Assembly (NCBI GenBank): GCA_019058245.1 | Contig: JAHPZJ010000013.1 | Span: 361,166-425,165 of the forward strand | Direction of reading: 5' to 3' | Length of the DNA: 64,000 bases | DNA from: Promethearchaeota archaeon | GTDB lineage: Archaea > Asgardarchaeota > Lokiarchaeia > Sigyniarchaeales > SOKP01 | Shown here: piece by piece, positions 1 to 10,102 of the stretch | Layout of the letters: each line of letters begins with the position of its first letter | Position numbering within the stretch: position 1 is the stretch's first letter | Notes under the pieces: generated by a model | The model's database searches: none | The model's input: only the letters and a program-made list of their open reading frames with translations | What the model was told of the DNA's origin: nothing | Program-made: the position numbers and the translations under genes

Positions 1-303
1 TCGAATGATTCTATTGAAATAAACTCCTGGATTTAATACAATAAATTCATAAATGAGTTTTCTTTTTTGATTTTTTAAGATATCTTCCCTTGACAATTTT
101 GAACCTTCAACAATTATCTTTTTTCTAACTAAAGATCTCAAAATTTCCTCGATACCACTTATATTAATGTTTCTTGAAGCTGTTCTAAATCGAGTAATAA
201 TAAAAGGAATAATTTCATTTATATTGAAATATCTATTTTTGTCTAAATATTCCTTAACAACATCTAAAACGAGTTTTTCCTGTTCTAATAATTCAATAAG
301 CAT
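1..303 (-). CDS. Winged helix-turn-helix transcriptional regulator (5' part; runs off the window edge)
   Basis: Not in the ORF track. Manual translation from ATG at 303 gives MLIELLEQEKLVLDVVKEYLDKNRYFNINEIIPFI...EGSKLSREDILKNQKRKLIYEFIVLNPGVYFNRIIR, open to base 1. 'KRKLIYEFIVLNPGVYF' is the typical start of an archaeal ArsR/HTH_24-like domain. It lies 32 bp downstream of the 336..1676 gene. Confidence 0.75.
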   Translation of the reverse strand, partial: MLIELLEQEKLVLDVVKEYLDKNRYFNINEIIPFIITRFRTASRNINISGIEEILRSLVRKKIIVEGSKLSREDILKNQKRKLIYEFIVLNPGVYFNRIIR

Positions 304-335
304 AACTTAGAAAGCCTCTACTAGTTTCACCTATT

Positions 336-1676
336 CTAATATGAGTTTAAATTTGATTTTTCAATCATTTCATCTAGAATAGATTGTCTTTCTTTAGGAG
401 TCAACGCAAGCATTTCCATAATAAACTCACTTCTATCAACACCCTCCCAATTAAATCGGTTTAATTTTTCAAAAAATTCCTCCGAAATCACAGTTATATT
501 TATATCCTTTATCAAACTGAGTTTTTCAATAGAATTTTCCATCGTAAGAATCTGGAGAGCTAATTTGCCATCATATGGTTCTTCTTCAATCTCATTTTCA
601 AATATTTCACCAAGATATGCTTCTCTATCTCTTTTTAACTTTAATGTCGTTCCTCTATGTTTTACATAATAATGTATTACATAAGCAGAGCTTGCAACAA
701 CTGCTCCAATAACGGATACCAAAACTATAAGAGGTATTAAAGAATCTGGTTTTTCTAAGGGGATTAATAAATTTTCAATTCCTATTTTAGGATCATGATA
801 TATGTGTTCACCTTTAGGATAAATAAAAAATAATCCTTTTCTATACTCGTGGTGTTCATCTTCAACAATTTTATTTACTCCTATAGTTTCCATATTCTTA
901 TTAATTATCGCATAATCTTTCCATGAAAAAAATCCAGTAAAATCATTTGTAGTAAAAGTAACTCCACTTTCTTTTTCAGCATAACCTTGCTTTTCATCAT
1001 AAGTTTCTTCTTGTATTTCAAAATCTCCCTCATGTTCTATTCTAGTATAAACCGCAAGTAAAGAATTCTCACCAATAAATTCAAAATTTGAGATTTCAAT
1101 TTGAATCTTAGCTTGAGTGGGATTAATTAAGGAATCTTCAATATATACAAAATCTTCAACAAAATAGATATGTGCTGTAAAAACATTATTTACAGTTTGA
1201 ATTTTAAAGTAATGCAAAGAAGAATCCTCTGAAATATTAGAGGATTCATAAACTACAGATTTAAAATCACTTAATCGGAATGTTTGAATGGTGTGATCAA
1301 TTTGAGGGTCAAAAATTCCATTTTGATTAGTATCATTAAATTCAATGATTGAACGAAATAAAACTCCAAATTCTAATTCCCAATCCGATTCAAGATTAGA
1401 TTTATAATTTAATCCTATATAGAACCCATCTTCATCAAAAAAAATATGACCTTTTATTTCATCTCTATTAATCTCACTTTTTCTGATGGATTCAATTCCA
1501 ATTTCATTTTCACCAATACCTACTTCGATAAATCTTTTATTTTTCTCTTTAAAATCATCATTTATACCATCATCCTGTTCTTTACCTAAAACGCTTATAA
1601 GAGTAATACTTATATTTAAAATCAATATACCTAAAAGAAAAAGACTAATCAAATAATAGTGTTTTTTCATCTTCAA
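336..1676 (-). CDS. Type I membrane protein: signal peptide, acidic extracellular beta-rich domain, TM helix, ~110-aa cytoplasmic tail
   Basis: Hydrophobic N-terminus; Ca-binding-like DTNQNGIFD; HIYHDPKIG followed by a TM helix (LIPLIVLVSVIGAVVASSAYVI). Paralogous to 1808..2986. Confidence 0.75.
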   Translation of the reverse strand: MKMKKHYYLISLFLLGILILNISITLISVLGKEQDDGINDDFKEKNKRFIEVGIGENEIGIESIRKSEINRDEIKGHIFFDEDGFYIGLNYKSNLESDWELEFGVLFRSIIEFNDTNQNGIFDPQIDHTIQTFRLSDFKSVVYESSNISEDSSLHYFKIQTVNNVFTAHIYFVEDFVYIEDSLINPTQAKIQIEISNFEFIGENSLLAVYTRIEHEGDFEIQEETYDEKQGYAEKESGVTFTTNDFTGFFSWKDYAIINKNMETIGVNKIVEDEHHEYRKGLFFIYPKGEHIYHDPKIGIENLLIPLEKPDSLIPLIVLVSVIGAVVASSAYVIHYYVKHRGTTLKLKRDREAYLGEIFENEIEEEPYDGKLALQILTMENSIEKLSLIKDINITVISEEFFEKLNRFNWEGVDRSEFIMEMLALTPKERQSILDEMIEKSNLNSY

Positions 1677-1807
1677 AACCTCATTTATTTAAATTTTATC
1701 CTTAAAACTAAATTCCATTAATTAGATATCCTTATTCTTATTTTTTTAAAGTAATATATAAAAAATAAAAGAAATAAATTTATTCTTTTCAGGGAACCTT
1801 ATTAATT

Positions 1808-2986
1808 CTATCTGATCTTCTTTTTTGAGATAAAAACTCCTATTGCGATAACACTAAGTCCAGCAACACCAGCAATTGGACCGATAATAATCATTGGAAA
1901 TTCCGAGCTACTAATCTCTCCAAGCACAATTCCAATTTTTGGATCATGATAAATATGATTTCCTCGTGGATAGTTGAATAGTAATCTCTGGATTTTATCT
2001 TCTTCTTTTTCAAGTTCAAGTTTATTGGTTAAGACCGGCATTTCAACTCCATCAATCATTGCTGTTTCTTTCCAACTAAAAATTCCTGTATATCCTTCAT
2101 TGTCAGTAAAAATTTCTTTCTCATTTGTAGCTTTTCCAGCTTTTTCATCTTCAGTTTCTTCTTTTTCTTCATAAAAATCCTCGGAAAAGAGTTTTGCGAG
2201 GAGTGCTAATTGAGAATCTTCTTCGATATAATCATAATCAGTAATTTCGATGTCTATTTTAATTTGAGTAGGAGCAACTATATTTCCGTCAAGTATTATA
2301 AATTCCTCTGGAAAATAGATATGAGCTGCAAATACGCCATCTGTTGTATTAATCAAGAAATAATGTAAAAAGCTATCAGTTGAAATGTTTATTCGTTCAT
2401 AAATTACATCTTGAAATGAATTAATCCCATAATCTTCTATAGCTGTATCATTTTCATGCTCAAAAATCCCATTATCATTAAGATCAACATATTCAATCAA
2501 TGCGGGAAATTTCACCTCAAAATTTAATTTTAATTCATGTATCCATTCTTCACAAGTATCCTCATCACCATCTCCACCAGCTATCTCAAGTCCAGATTCA
2601 TCTTCATCTTGAACTGATTCTTCTTCTTCACAATTTACTTTCCTTATAGTTCTAAATGAAACTCTAATATCTAATCCACATTCACTATAACCAATCCTTA
2701 AATCCATGATGTCTTTCTGATCATCAGATCTTTTGATCGAAGCTATTTCAACTACCCCTTCTCCAAACCAAATATCAACATATCTTTTATTTTTTTCTTC
2801 AAAATCATCATCAACACCATCTTCATCAGCATCTTTGGGATTCTCTTCTTTTTCTTCAACTTTTGATTTTTCTTCCTCTTCTTCTCCTTCTTCACCATCA
2901 GCATAAGCTATGTTCATTCCAACACTTACTGTGAATAATAAAATTCCTAAAAAAAACAATCCTATCATATATTGTGTTTTTTTCAT
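1808..2986 (-). CDS. Acidic membrane-anchored surface protein, paralog of 336..1676
   Basis: Signal peptide; DADEDGVDDD and DLNDNGIFE motifs; shares DDFxEKNKR, VFxAHIYF, PTQxKIxIEI, TGxFSWK and HIYHDPKIG with the neighbour; C-terminal TM plus KKKIR. Confidence 0.75.
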   Translation of the reverse strand: MKKTQYMIGLFFLGILLFTVSVGMNIAYADGEEGEEEEEKSKVEEKEENPKDADEDGVDDDFEEKNKRYVDIWFGEGVVEIASIKRSDDQKDIMDLRIGYSECGLDIRVSFRTIRKVNCEEEESVQDEDESGLEIAGGDGDEDTCEEWIHELKLNFEVKFPALIEYVDLNDNGIFEHENDTAIEDYGINSFQDVIYERINISTDSFLHYFLINTTDGVFAAHIYFPEEFIILDGNIVAPTQIKIDIEITDYDYIEEDSQLALLAKLFSEDFYEEKEETEDEKAGKATNEKEIFTDNEGYTGIFSWKETAMIDGVEMPVLTNKLELEKEEDKIQRLLFNYPRGNHIYHDPKIGIVLGEISSSEFPMIIIGPIAGVAGLSVIAIGVFISKKKIR

Positions 2987-3349
2987 TAAATTTTCTCTAT
3001 TTATATAATTTTACCTAAATTGGTTTAATATCATAATTTTTATGCTATTATTTAAAATAAAATGGTAAATTTTTGAATATATTTAAGATGTAAATAAGAC
3101 ATTAACTTTAGACTGACTTCATTTTTATAAAATGGATTATAAAATTATCCGAGTTCATATATAGGAAAGAGTTATATAATTTATATAAGAAAAAAAGAAT
3201 TATATTTATAACAAACAATATTAAATCTTTTATTATTATTGCGATAACCTTTTAGATCTCATTAAATTGAATTATAAAATATATCTAATGAATATCATAC
3301 TATAGGATAAATTTGTTCTATTTAAACATTAAATCAATAAAAAGAATAT

Positions 3350-3433
3350 TGGAGCCAGCGGTGGGATTTGCACCCACGATGCTGAAAGCAACGGCTCTGC
3401 AGGCCGCCTCCTTAACTACTAGGATACGCTGGC
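3350..3433 (-). tRNA. tRNA-Cys (GCA), CCA encoded, long variable arm
   Basis: Reverse complement folds as GCCAGCG TA TCCT AGTAGTTA AGGA G GCGGC CT-GCA-GA GCCGT TGCTTTCAGCATC GTGGG TGCAAAT CCCAC CGCTGGC T CCA. All four stems pair, and U73 is the Cys discriminator. Confidence 0.9.
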
Positions 3434-3782
3434 TTTAAATTATAATTTTTATTAAAGAAAATTTTTACTATTTATTTATGTATAGATTTATTATGGATTT
3501 TTATTTAGTTTTTCCATTATAACTATTATAAAAACATGCAATATAATAATAAATTCGCAATTAAATCTATAAATGCTTAATATACGTATTTAAATTATAA
3601 TTCCCGATTATTTGTTTAAGGAGATTATATATAAAAGAAGCCAATATAGTTAATTGGGTAATGATCAGGGAATGTTAGGAGAAAATATAAATCTAATAGG
3701 AGATTTATAATAAATTAAAGAAAATAATAAATGAATTGAAATTTTAAATTATTCCTAAAAGAAATTTTTTCCTTTCAGTACC

Positions 3783-4811
3783 ATGAATGATGAAAAACTT
3801 GAAAAAGAGAAACAAACTATAGCTCTTGGATTAATATCGGGGGGATTAGATAGCTTAATTGCTTCTCTTATACTAAAATTACAAGATATTAAAATAATTG
3901 GATTAAATTTTACTTCCCCCTTTTGCCAATATAATATGAATTCTGGTCAAAGAGAATGTAATTTAAAAATATTTAAGGAAAAACTCGGAATACAAATAAA
4001 ATATTTACCTTTTGAAGATGACTTTCTGGAAATTATCAAGAATCCTAAATATGGATATGGAAAACATATTAATCCTTGTATTGACTGTAGGATTTATACT
4101 TTAAGGAAAGCAAAAGAATTTAAAAAAAAAATATCAGCTGATTTTATTTTTACTGGTGAAGTTCTTAATCAAAGACCAAAATCCCAACATATAAATGCGT
4201 TAAAGATCGTTGAAAAAGAATCGGATTTAGAGGATAAGCTTCTAAGACCTTTATCAGCGCTTCATTTGAAACCAACAATTTATGAACAACAAGGATTAAT
4301 TGATCGTACAAAATTATTAGGAATTAAAGGAAGAAGTAGAAAGATACAAATGGAAATAGCTAGAAAGTATGGGATACTGAATAATTATTATGCATGTGGA
4401 GGGTGTTTATTAACAGATGAGCATTTTACCAATCGTATGAATGATTATCTTAAATATAATGATCATCTAAAAATGGAGGATATCCATATCTTAAAAATTG
4501 GTCGTCATTTCCGATATAAGAATACAAAGATTATTGTCGGGAGAAATGAATTAGAAAACAATCAATTAATTACTTTTAAAAAACCAGAAGATTTAATTAT
4601 AGAAGCTAAAGATGTTCCTGGACCAATAACAATTGTACAGGGAAAAATCAATAATGTATCATTAAAATATGCCGCAATGTTAACTTTACGCTATTCTGAT
4701 TTAAACCAATTAAGAGGTTATGTTAAGTACGGAACTGATTATAATAATTTGAATAATACTGTTAGTATTGAACTAGAAAAGGATCTGAATTTAAAAAAAT
4801 ACATTTTATAG
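3783..4811 (+). CDS. PP-loop tRNA sulfurtransferase (ThiI/MnmA-like) with C-terminal DUF814/NFACT-R-like domain
   Basis: SGGLDS PP-loop; NPCIDCR; TGEVLNQRPKSQ; LLRPLSA; GGCLLT; GRHFR...IIVGRN. Confidence 0.85.
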   Translation: MNDEKLEKEKQTIALGLISGGLDSLIASLILKLQDIKIIGLNFTSPFCQYNMNSGQRECNLKIFKEKLGIQIKYLPFEDDFLEIIKNPKYGYGKHINPCIDCRIYTLRKAKEFKKKISADFIFTGEVLNQRPKSQHINALKIVEKESDLEDKLLRPLSALHLKPTIYEQQGLIDRTKLLGIKGRSRKIQMEIARKYGILNNYYACGGCLLTDEHFTNRMNDYLKYNDHLKMEDIHILKIGRHFRYKNTKIIVGRNELENNQLITFKKPEDLIIEAKDVPGPITIVQGKINNVSLKYAAMLTLRYSDLNQLRGYVKYGTDYNNLNNTVSIELEKDLNLKKYIL

Positions 4812-4963
4812 CACTAATAAATTTCATTTGTACTTGCCTATATACCGAAAATATCATATTAAAATAAGATATAAATAGAAGAACACTTATTTTGGATTTA
4901 GAGTTACAATATTCTAATAATTTTATTTAATTTTCAAATTCATAAGATATTAGTGTTCAGTAT

Positions 4964-7900
4964 ATGATTTCCAAAAAGAATAATCAACTTACTAATTTTA
5001 AAAATATTTTTCCCCATTTAATGAAAACAGTAGATGATTTAATCATCATTGTTTCGATGTATAATTCTTATAAAATTGAATATGTTCATAAAAGTAAATA
5101 TTTAAAAAAATTGGGTTATTCAGATGGTACTTTACAAGGAAAGTCTTTATTTGATCTAGTTGATTTCGGAGAAATCACTCCAGAAACCGACATTTTAGGT
5201 ACTTTAAAAAGCAACGGAAATAATATGGAAGTCAAAGTAATCAATAAAAATGGAAACTTAACTTGGGCATTACTAAAATCGTCTATAATCACTGATGAGC
5301 AAGAGCAACAAAAACTTTTACTCGTTTTGAGAGATATTTCAAGAATTAAAGATTTAGAAATAAAATTAGAAGAATCAGAAAAAAAAATAGAAAGAATTTT
5401 AAAAAATGTTCCAGAAAACAGATATGGGGATAAATTTACACATGAGAAATATCATAATGCACTTAAAGAAAGTGAAGTCCTCCTTAAAACAGCAATAGAA
5501 TCTTTACCATTTGATGTATTTATGATTGATAAAAATGGTTTATATGCTATGCAAAACTCAGTTTGTAAGCAACATTGGGGGGATGTTATAGGGAAACGTC
5601 CTAATGAAGTTGCTAATAACCAAAAAACTCTTGAGGTATGGGAAAATAATAATTCAAGAGCATTTTCTGGTGAACTAGTTACTGGTGAAGAGAGTTTTAA
5701 TATAAATGGTAATATTCATCACTTTTACAATATAATAAATCCAGTATATATTAATAACGAAATTCAATATATCTTTGGAATAAATGTTGATATTACAGAA
5801 AAAAAAGATGCAGAACGAAAACTTCAAGAATCTGAAGAAAAGTTCAGAACGATTGCTGAACAATCATTAATGGGAATATGCATTATCCAAGATTTTGTTA
5901 TTAAATATTCAAATCAGCAAATATCTGAAATCTATGGATATTCATTTGAAGAAATTAAGCAATGGAAACCTAAAGAATTATTAAAAGTAATCCACCCCGA
6001 TTCTAGAGATATGGTTGAGAAGTATTTAAAAAGAAAGCAACAGGAATCAGATGAGATAGCAATACACTATATTACAAAAATAATTACTAAAAATGGGAAT
6101 ATCAGGCATATAGAAAATTATTCAAAACCAATAAGATATCAAGGGAAAATAGCGAACTTAATAATGCAGGTTGATATAACAGCTAGAATAAATGCTGAAC
6201 AAAAAATAGATTCTGCTGAAGAAAAATATCGAAGCATTCTCGAAAATATGATGGATGGATATTATGAAACAGATCTAAATGGTAGGTTGCTTTACGCAAA
6301 TGATGAATTTTGTAATATTTTGGGATATTCAAAAGAAGAGTTAATAGGAAAAAATAATCGATCATTTTATGATAATGAGTCAAGAAAAATTTTATTTGAT
6401 ATATTCTCCCAAATTTATAAAACAGGAATTCCTCGTCCTCCCCTAGGATTAATTAAATTGATGACACTTAAGAAGAAGCTTATCTATTTTGAGGGTACAA
6501 TTGATTTATTGTACGATTCTGAAGGAAAAAAAGTTGGATTTTTTGGTCTTGTTCGTGATGTCACACAAAAGAAAATTGCAGAGCAACAATTAAAAGAATC
6601 TGAAGTAAAATATCGACATTTATATGAAAATTCTCCTAATTCGATTATTTTATTTAATTTGAAAGGAGAAATGCTAGATTGTAATTTAATTACAGAATCT
6701 CTTTCTGGTTTTAAAAGAGAAGAATTAATTGAAAAAAAATATAGAAAAGCTAATTTTATCCATAAAGATTATCTTCCAATTCTTTTAGAAGAATTTAAAT
6801 CGCTTTTAAAAAAGAAAATTATGGGACCATTAGAAATTCAACTCTATACAAAAAAAAGGGTGTTAATATGGGCTAATGTCCAAGCATCATTATTTGATTA
6901 TCAGAATGAAAAAATAATTCAAGTTATCATTCAACCTATTGATGATATAAAAAAAGCAGAAGAAAAATTTAGAAATATTACAGAACAATCGTTAATGGGG
7001 ATATTTGTGCTCCAAAATGGTTTCTTTAGATATTTCAATGATAAAATAGTTGAAATTACTGGTTATACGAGAGAGGAAATGAAAAATTGGGTTCCTTATG
7101 AATTTATGAAACTTGTCCATCCTATAAATAAAGAATTTGTGAGAGAACAAGCACGTAAAAAGCAAGTAGGTGATGCTGATGTTATTGATCAATATAACTT
7201 TAGATTAATTAGAAAAGATGATGAAATTAGATGGATTGAAATTCTTTCGAAATCAATTAATTATGAGGGATCTCCAGCAGATTTAGCAATGATATATGAT
7301 ATTACGGATAAAGTTGAGACTCAGAAAAAATTAAAGGAGTCAGAAGAAAAATATCATTATTTATTTAAAACTTCTCCAGAGGGAGTCATTCTAACAGATT
7401 TAAAAGGAACTATAATAGAATGTAATTCTGCGATTAGAAATATAACAGGATATGCTCCAACAGATCTTATAGGAAAAAGATTCATGGAATTTGATCGATA
7501 TCTTGAAAATGGATTAGAAAAATTACTAGAAGGTTATAGCGATTTATTAGAAGGTAATAAATTAAAACCTCTAGAATTTCCAATTAGAAATAAAGATAAT
7601 CAAATTAGATGGGTTGGGATTAGATCTACTCTGATAACTATGAAAGGTCAATCCTATATTCTAGCTATTATACTTGATATAACAATGCAAAAAGAAACAG
7701 AAAACATTATAAAACGAAATGAAAAAAAATTTCGTGATATATTGGAAACCTCATCTGTAGGGGTAGTTGAATTTGATGTTGTTAATAATAGAATTAAGTA
7801 TATTAATCCAAAACTAATGGAGATAATTGGATATACTGAAAATGAATTAATAGATGAGCAATTTTACAATAAAATAATTCACCCAAAAGATTTACGTAAG

Positions 7901-9283
7901 ATTTTGGAATCAGCTAAAGAATCAGAATTAGAATTTAGGATATTCGATAAATATGGGAAGCTAAAATGGTTATCTGGGAAAAAAATTCCTCACTATGATG
8001 ATAATAAACAATTTATTAGTATGAGAATTTGGGTTGAAGATATAACAGAGAAGAAAATCTATGAAAACTTGATATATGAATTAAATATAAATTTTCTAAG
8101 TTTCACTGCTGATATTAAGAATAATATTCAACTACTACTTAGTACATGTTTAAAATTACTTAATGGAGATTTTATCTTATATATTAAAAAAACAGAATAT
8201 GAAAGAGAGGAATCTTATCAAGTATTAACATCTGACAATAAGTCCTTTAATTGTAATGCCGAATTCTTTGCTAGTAATTTGTTTGCTAGTGCATTGTTTT
8301 ATGAATCGCATGATTTTCCTCAAACCTTTTTTGATATAAATAGAATGAGTTTTGCAAATACAGATCCATTCATAGCAAAATATGATTTAAAAGGATGTTT
8401 TGGAAAATTAATTAAATCACAGAATGACCTAGATAGTGCTGTCTGTGTTTTTTATAGAGAAAATCCTGTTATTAGTAATCAAGATAAATTAGTAATGTTT
8501 TTAATATGTGATGCAATTGAAATTGAACAACGGCGTTGGCAAGTTCAAAAAGGTTTAGAAGAACAAAATATCACATTAAACAAAATAAATAATCTTAAAA
8601 CTGAACTTTTTTCAAGAACTTCACATGAGTTAAAAACGCCTCTCATTTCAATCAAGGGTTTTACAGAACTTTTATTAACACTCCATAAACCTAAATTAGA
8701 TAATGAAATTATATCTATTTTAGGAGAAATTAAAGATGGGAGTACTCGTCTTGAAAAAATTATTAATCTATTATTGGAAAGTACAAAATTAGAAGCAGGG
8801 CAATTAGATTTAAATCTATCCAAGGAGGATTTAAGTTTCTTAATTAATTTTTGTGTTAAAGAATTAAAAGGGTTAGCAAAATTACGAGATCAATCTATTA
8901 TTCTTCAATTACATAATAAATTAGAAACACAATTTGATAAAGAAAGGATTTATGAAGTATTTTCTAATTTACTTGTAAATGCTATTAAATATACACCCCC
9001 TGGAGGAATTATTACTATTAAATCAACCATAAACGATGATTTTTATATAATTTCTGTGAAGGATACCGGAATTGGATTCACTAAAGAGGAAAAAGAACAA
9101 GCTTTCAAACAATTTGGAAAGATAGAGAGATATGGACAAGGTTGGGATGTTTCTATTGAAGGAACAGGTCTTGGGCTTTATATTACAAAAAAGTTGGTAG
9201 AATTGCATGGTGGTAAAATTTGGCTTGAATCCAACGGAAGAAATAAGGGTACTACTTTTTATTTCTCTATACCAAAGAAATAA
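4964..9283 (+). CDS. Cytoplasmic multi-PAS (about 8 PAS/PAC) sensor histidine kinase with no receiver domain
   Basis: Repeated 'DIT..K.AE..LKESEEKY/FR' PAS linkers; H-box SHELKTPL; N-box NLLVNAIKY; G boxes DTGIG and GTGLGL; no TM segments. Confidence 0.93.
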   Translation: MISKKNNQLTNFKNIFPHLMKTVDDLIIIVSMYNSYKIEYVHKSKYLKKLGYSDGTLQGKSLFDLVDFGEITPETDILGTLKSNGNNMEVKVINKNGNLTWALLKSSIITDEQEQQKLLLVLRDISRIKDLEIKLEESEKKIERILKNVPENRYGDKFTHEKYHNALKESEVLLKTAIESLPFDVFMIDKNGLYAMQNSVCKQHWGDVIGKRPNEVANNQKTLEVWENNNSRAFSGELVTGEESFNINGNIHHFYNIINPVYINNEIQYIFGINVDITEKKDAERKLQESEEKFRTIAEQSLMGICIIQDFVIKYSNQQISEIYGYSFEEIKQWKPKELLKVIHPDSRDMVEKYLKRKQQESDEIAIHYITKIITKNGNIRHIENYSKPIRYQGKIANLIMQVDITARINAEQKIDSAEEKYRSILENMMDGYYETDLNGRLLYANDEFCNILGYSKEELIGKNNRSFYDNESRKILFDIFSQIYKTGIPRPPLGLIKLMTLKKKLIYFEGTIDLLYDSEGKKVGFFGLVRDVTQKKIAEQQLKESEVKYRHLYENSPNSIILFNLKGEMLDCNLITESLSGFKREELIEKKYRKANFIHKDYLPILLEEFKSLLKKKIMGPLEIQLYTKKRVLIWANVQASLFDYQNEKIIQVIIQPIDDIKKAEEKFRNITEQSLMGIFVLQNGFFRYFNDKIVEITGYTREEMKNWVPYEFMKLVHPINKEFVREQARKKQVGDADVIDQYNFRLIRKDDEIRWIEILSKSINYEGSPADLAMIYDITDKVETQKKLKESEEKYHYLFKTSPEGVILTDLKGTIIECNSAIRNITGYAPTDLIGKRFMEFDRYLENGLEKLLEGYSDLLEGNKLKPLEFPIRNKDNQIRWVGIRSTLITMKGQSYILAIILDITMQKETENIIKRNEKKFRDILETSSVGVVEFDVVNNRIKYINPKLMEIIGYTENELIDEQFYNKIIHPKDLRKILESAKESELEFRIFDKYGKLKWLSGKKIPHYDDNKQFISMRIWVEDITEKKIYENLIYELNINFLSFTADIKNNIQLLLSTCLKLLNGDFILYIKKTEYEREESYQVLTSDNKSFNCNAEFFASNLFASALFYESHDFPQTFFDINRMSFANTDPFIAKYDLKGCFGKLIKSQNDLDSAVCVFYRENPVISNQDKLVMFLICDAIEIEQRRWQVQKGLEEQNITLNKINNLKTELFSRTSHELKTPLISIKGFTELLLTLHKPKLDNEIISILGEIKDGSTRLEKIINLLLESTKLEAGQLDLNLSKEDLSFLINFCVKELKGLAKLRDQSIILQLHNKLETQFDKERIYEVFSNLLVNAIKYTPPGGIITIKSTINDDFYIISVKDTGIGFTKEEKEQAFKQFGKIERYGQGWDVSIEGTGLGLYITKKLVELHGGKIWLESNGRNKGTTFYFSIPKK

Positions 9284-9296
9284 TATAAAAATTACT

Positions 9297-9397
9297 ATGG
9301 TTGAAACTAATTTAACATTAAAAGATTTTTAGAGGAAGGTTAAACTTATAATATTAACGCTGGAGCAGGATGAACTATTGATGCACCTTCTTGCATA
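9297..9397 (+). pseudogene. Decayed 5' remnant of a SIR2-like gene
   Basis: Reads MVETNLTLKDF, then after a frameshift LEEG*TYNINAGAG*TIDAPSCI, which resembles the sirtuin-like 'LxGAGxSxxxPSxLP' motif. It has one frameshift, two stops and no continuation. Confidence 0.45.
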
Positions 9398-9678
9398 AAC
9401 AATTATAATTTAGCTTCATCTTTTTAATTTTGATATAGTTTGATAATAATGTTATCTTTTTTCCCCATAATCAAAATTTGGATAATCAGTTCATCTTTTA
9501 TTCAATATATAAAACTATCTAATTTATTATGTAATTATACAAAATCTGCAAATATATTATTAAAACATCGAAGAATTGGACTCCATATATTTTATTATAG
9601 AATCAGGTTATATAATATTTAGAAGAATTTAAGATCAAAAAATCAGAGTATTATGAAAAATATAAAAAATAGTTAGAT

Positions 9679-9933
9679 TTGGTGATAATAATAACTGGAG
9701 ATACAAAAGAAAAAGAAGATTTAGAAGATATTCCAGAAATAAAGAAATATTTTATGAGGATTTACAGTGTTTTATCAAAAGAGATTCGAGATAAATTAAA
9801 GCAGTTAGAGTTAGATAAAGAAAAGAAAAAAAAAATCAAAAAAGAATTAGCATTTCTCCCGAAAGAAAAACAAGTAGAATATTTAGAGGAACTTAATAAT
9901 AAAACGTATAATAGAATAAAATCAAACAACTAA
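9679..9933 (+). CDS. Small charged helical protein; standalone copy of the cytoplasmic-tail domain of 336..1676
   Basis: Purine-rich 84-codon ORF with a 43-aa ungapped similarity to the C-terminus of 336..1676 (see findings). Confidence 0.6.
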   Translation: MVIIITGDTKEKEDLEDIPEIKKYFMRIYSVLSKEIRDKLKQLELDKEKKKKIKKELAFLPKEKQVEYLEELNNKTYNRIKSNN

Positions 9934-10020
9934 TTCACTGAAAAAAAAGAAACCATTTGATTTTTGATTATACATCAGAATTTTTTTTAACCCATATAAA
10001 AAGGGTATATATAAGAAATA

Positions 10021-10102
10021 ATTGATAATCTTTATTTTGTTATTAATTATCGATAACAAATTTTTTTAAGAAAAATACTTTTTCCTTCATAAGATTATCA
10101 AT
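10021..10102. promoter_or_regulatory. Inverted repeat and palindrome upstream of hdrC
   Basis: ATTGATAATCTT (10021-32) and AAGATTATCAAT (10091-102) form a perfect 12-bp inverted pair, with the palindrome TTATCGATAA at 10047-56 between them. Confidence 0.3.

Noticed and set aside
9371-9373. TGA at the Cys position of GAG(C)S as a Sec codon
   Set aside because: The same fragment has a frameshift and a TAA and does not continue, so decay is the simpler explanation.
9440-9622. 60-aa ORF in the intergenic region
   Set aside because: AT-rich, Ile/Tyr-biased, with no SD or motif.
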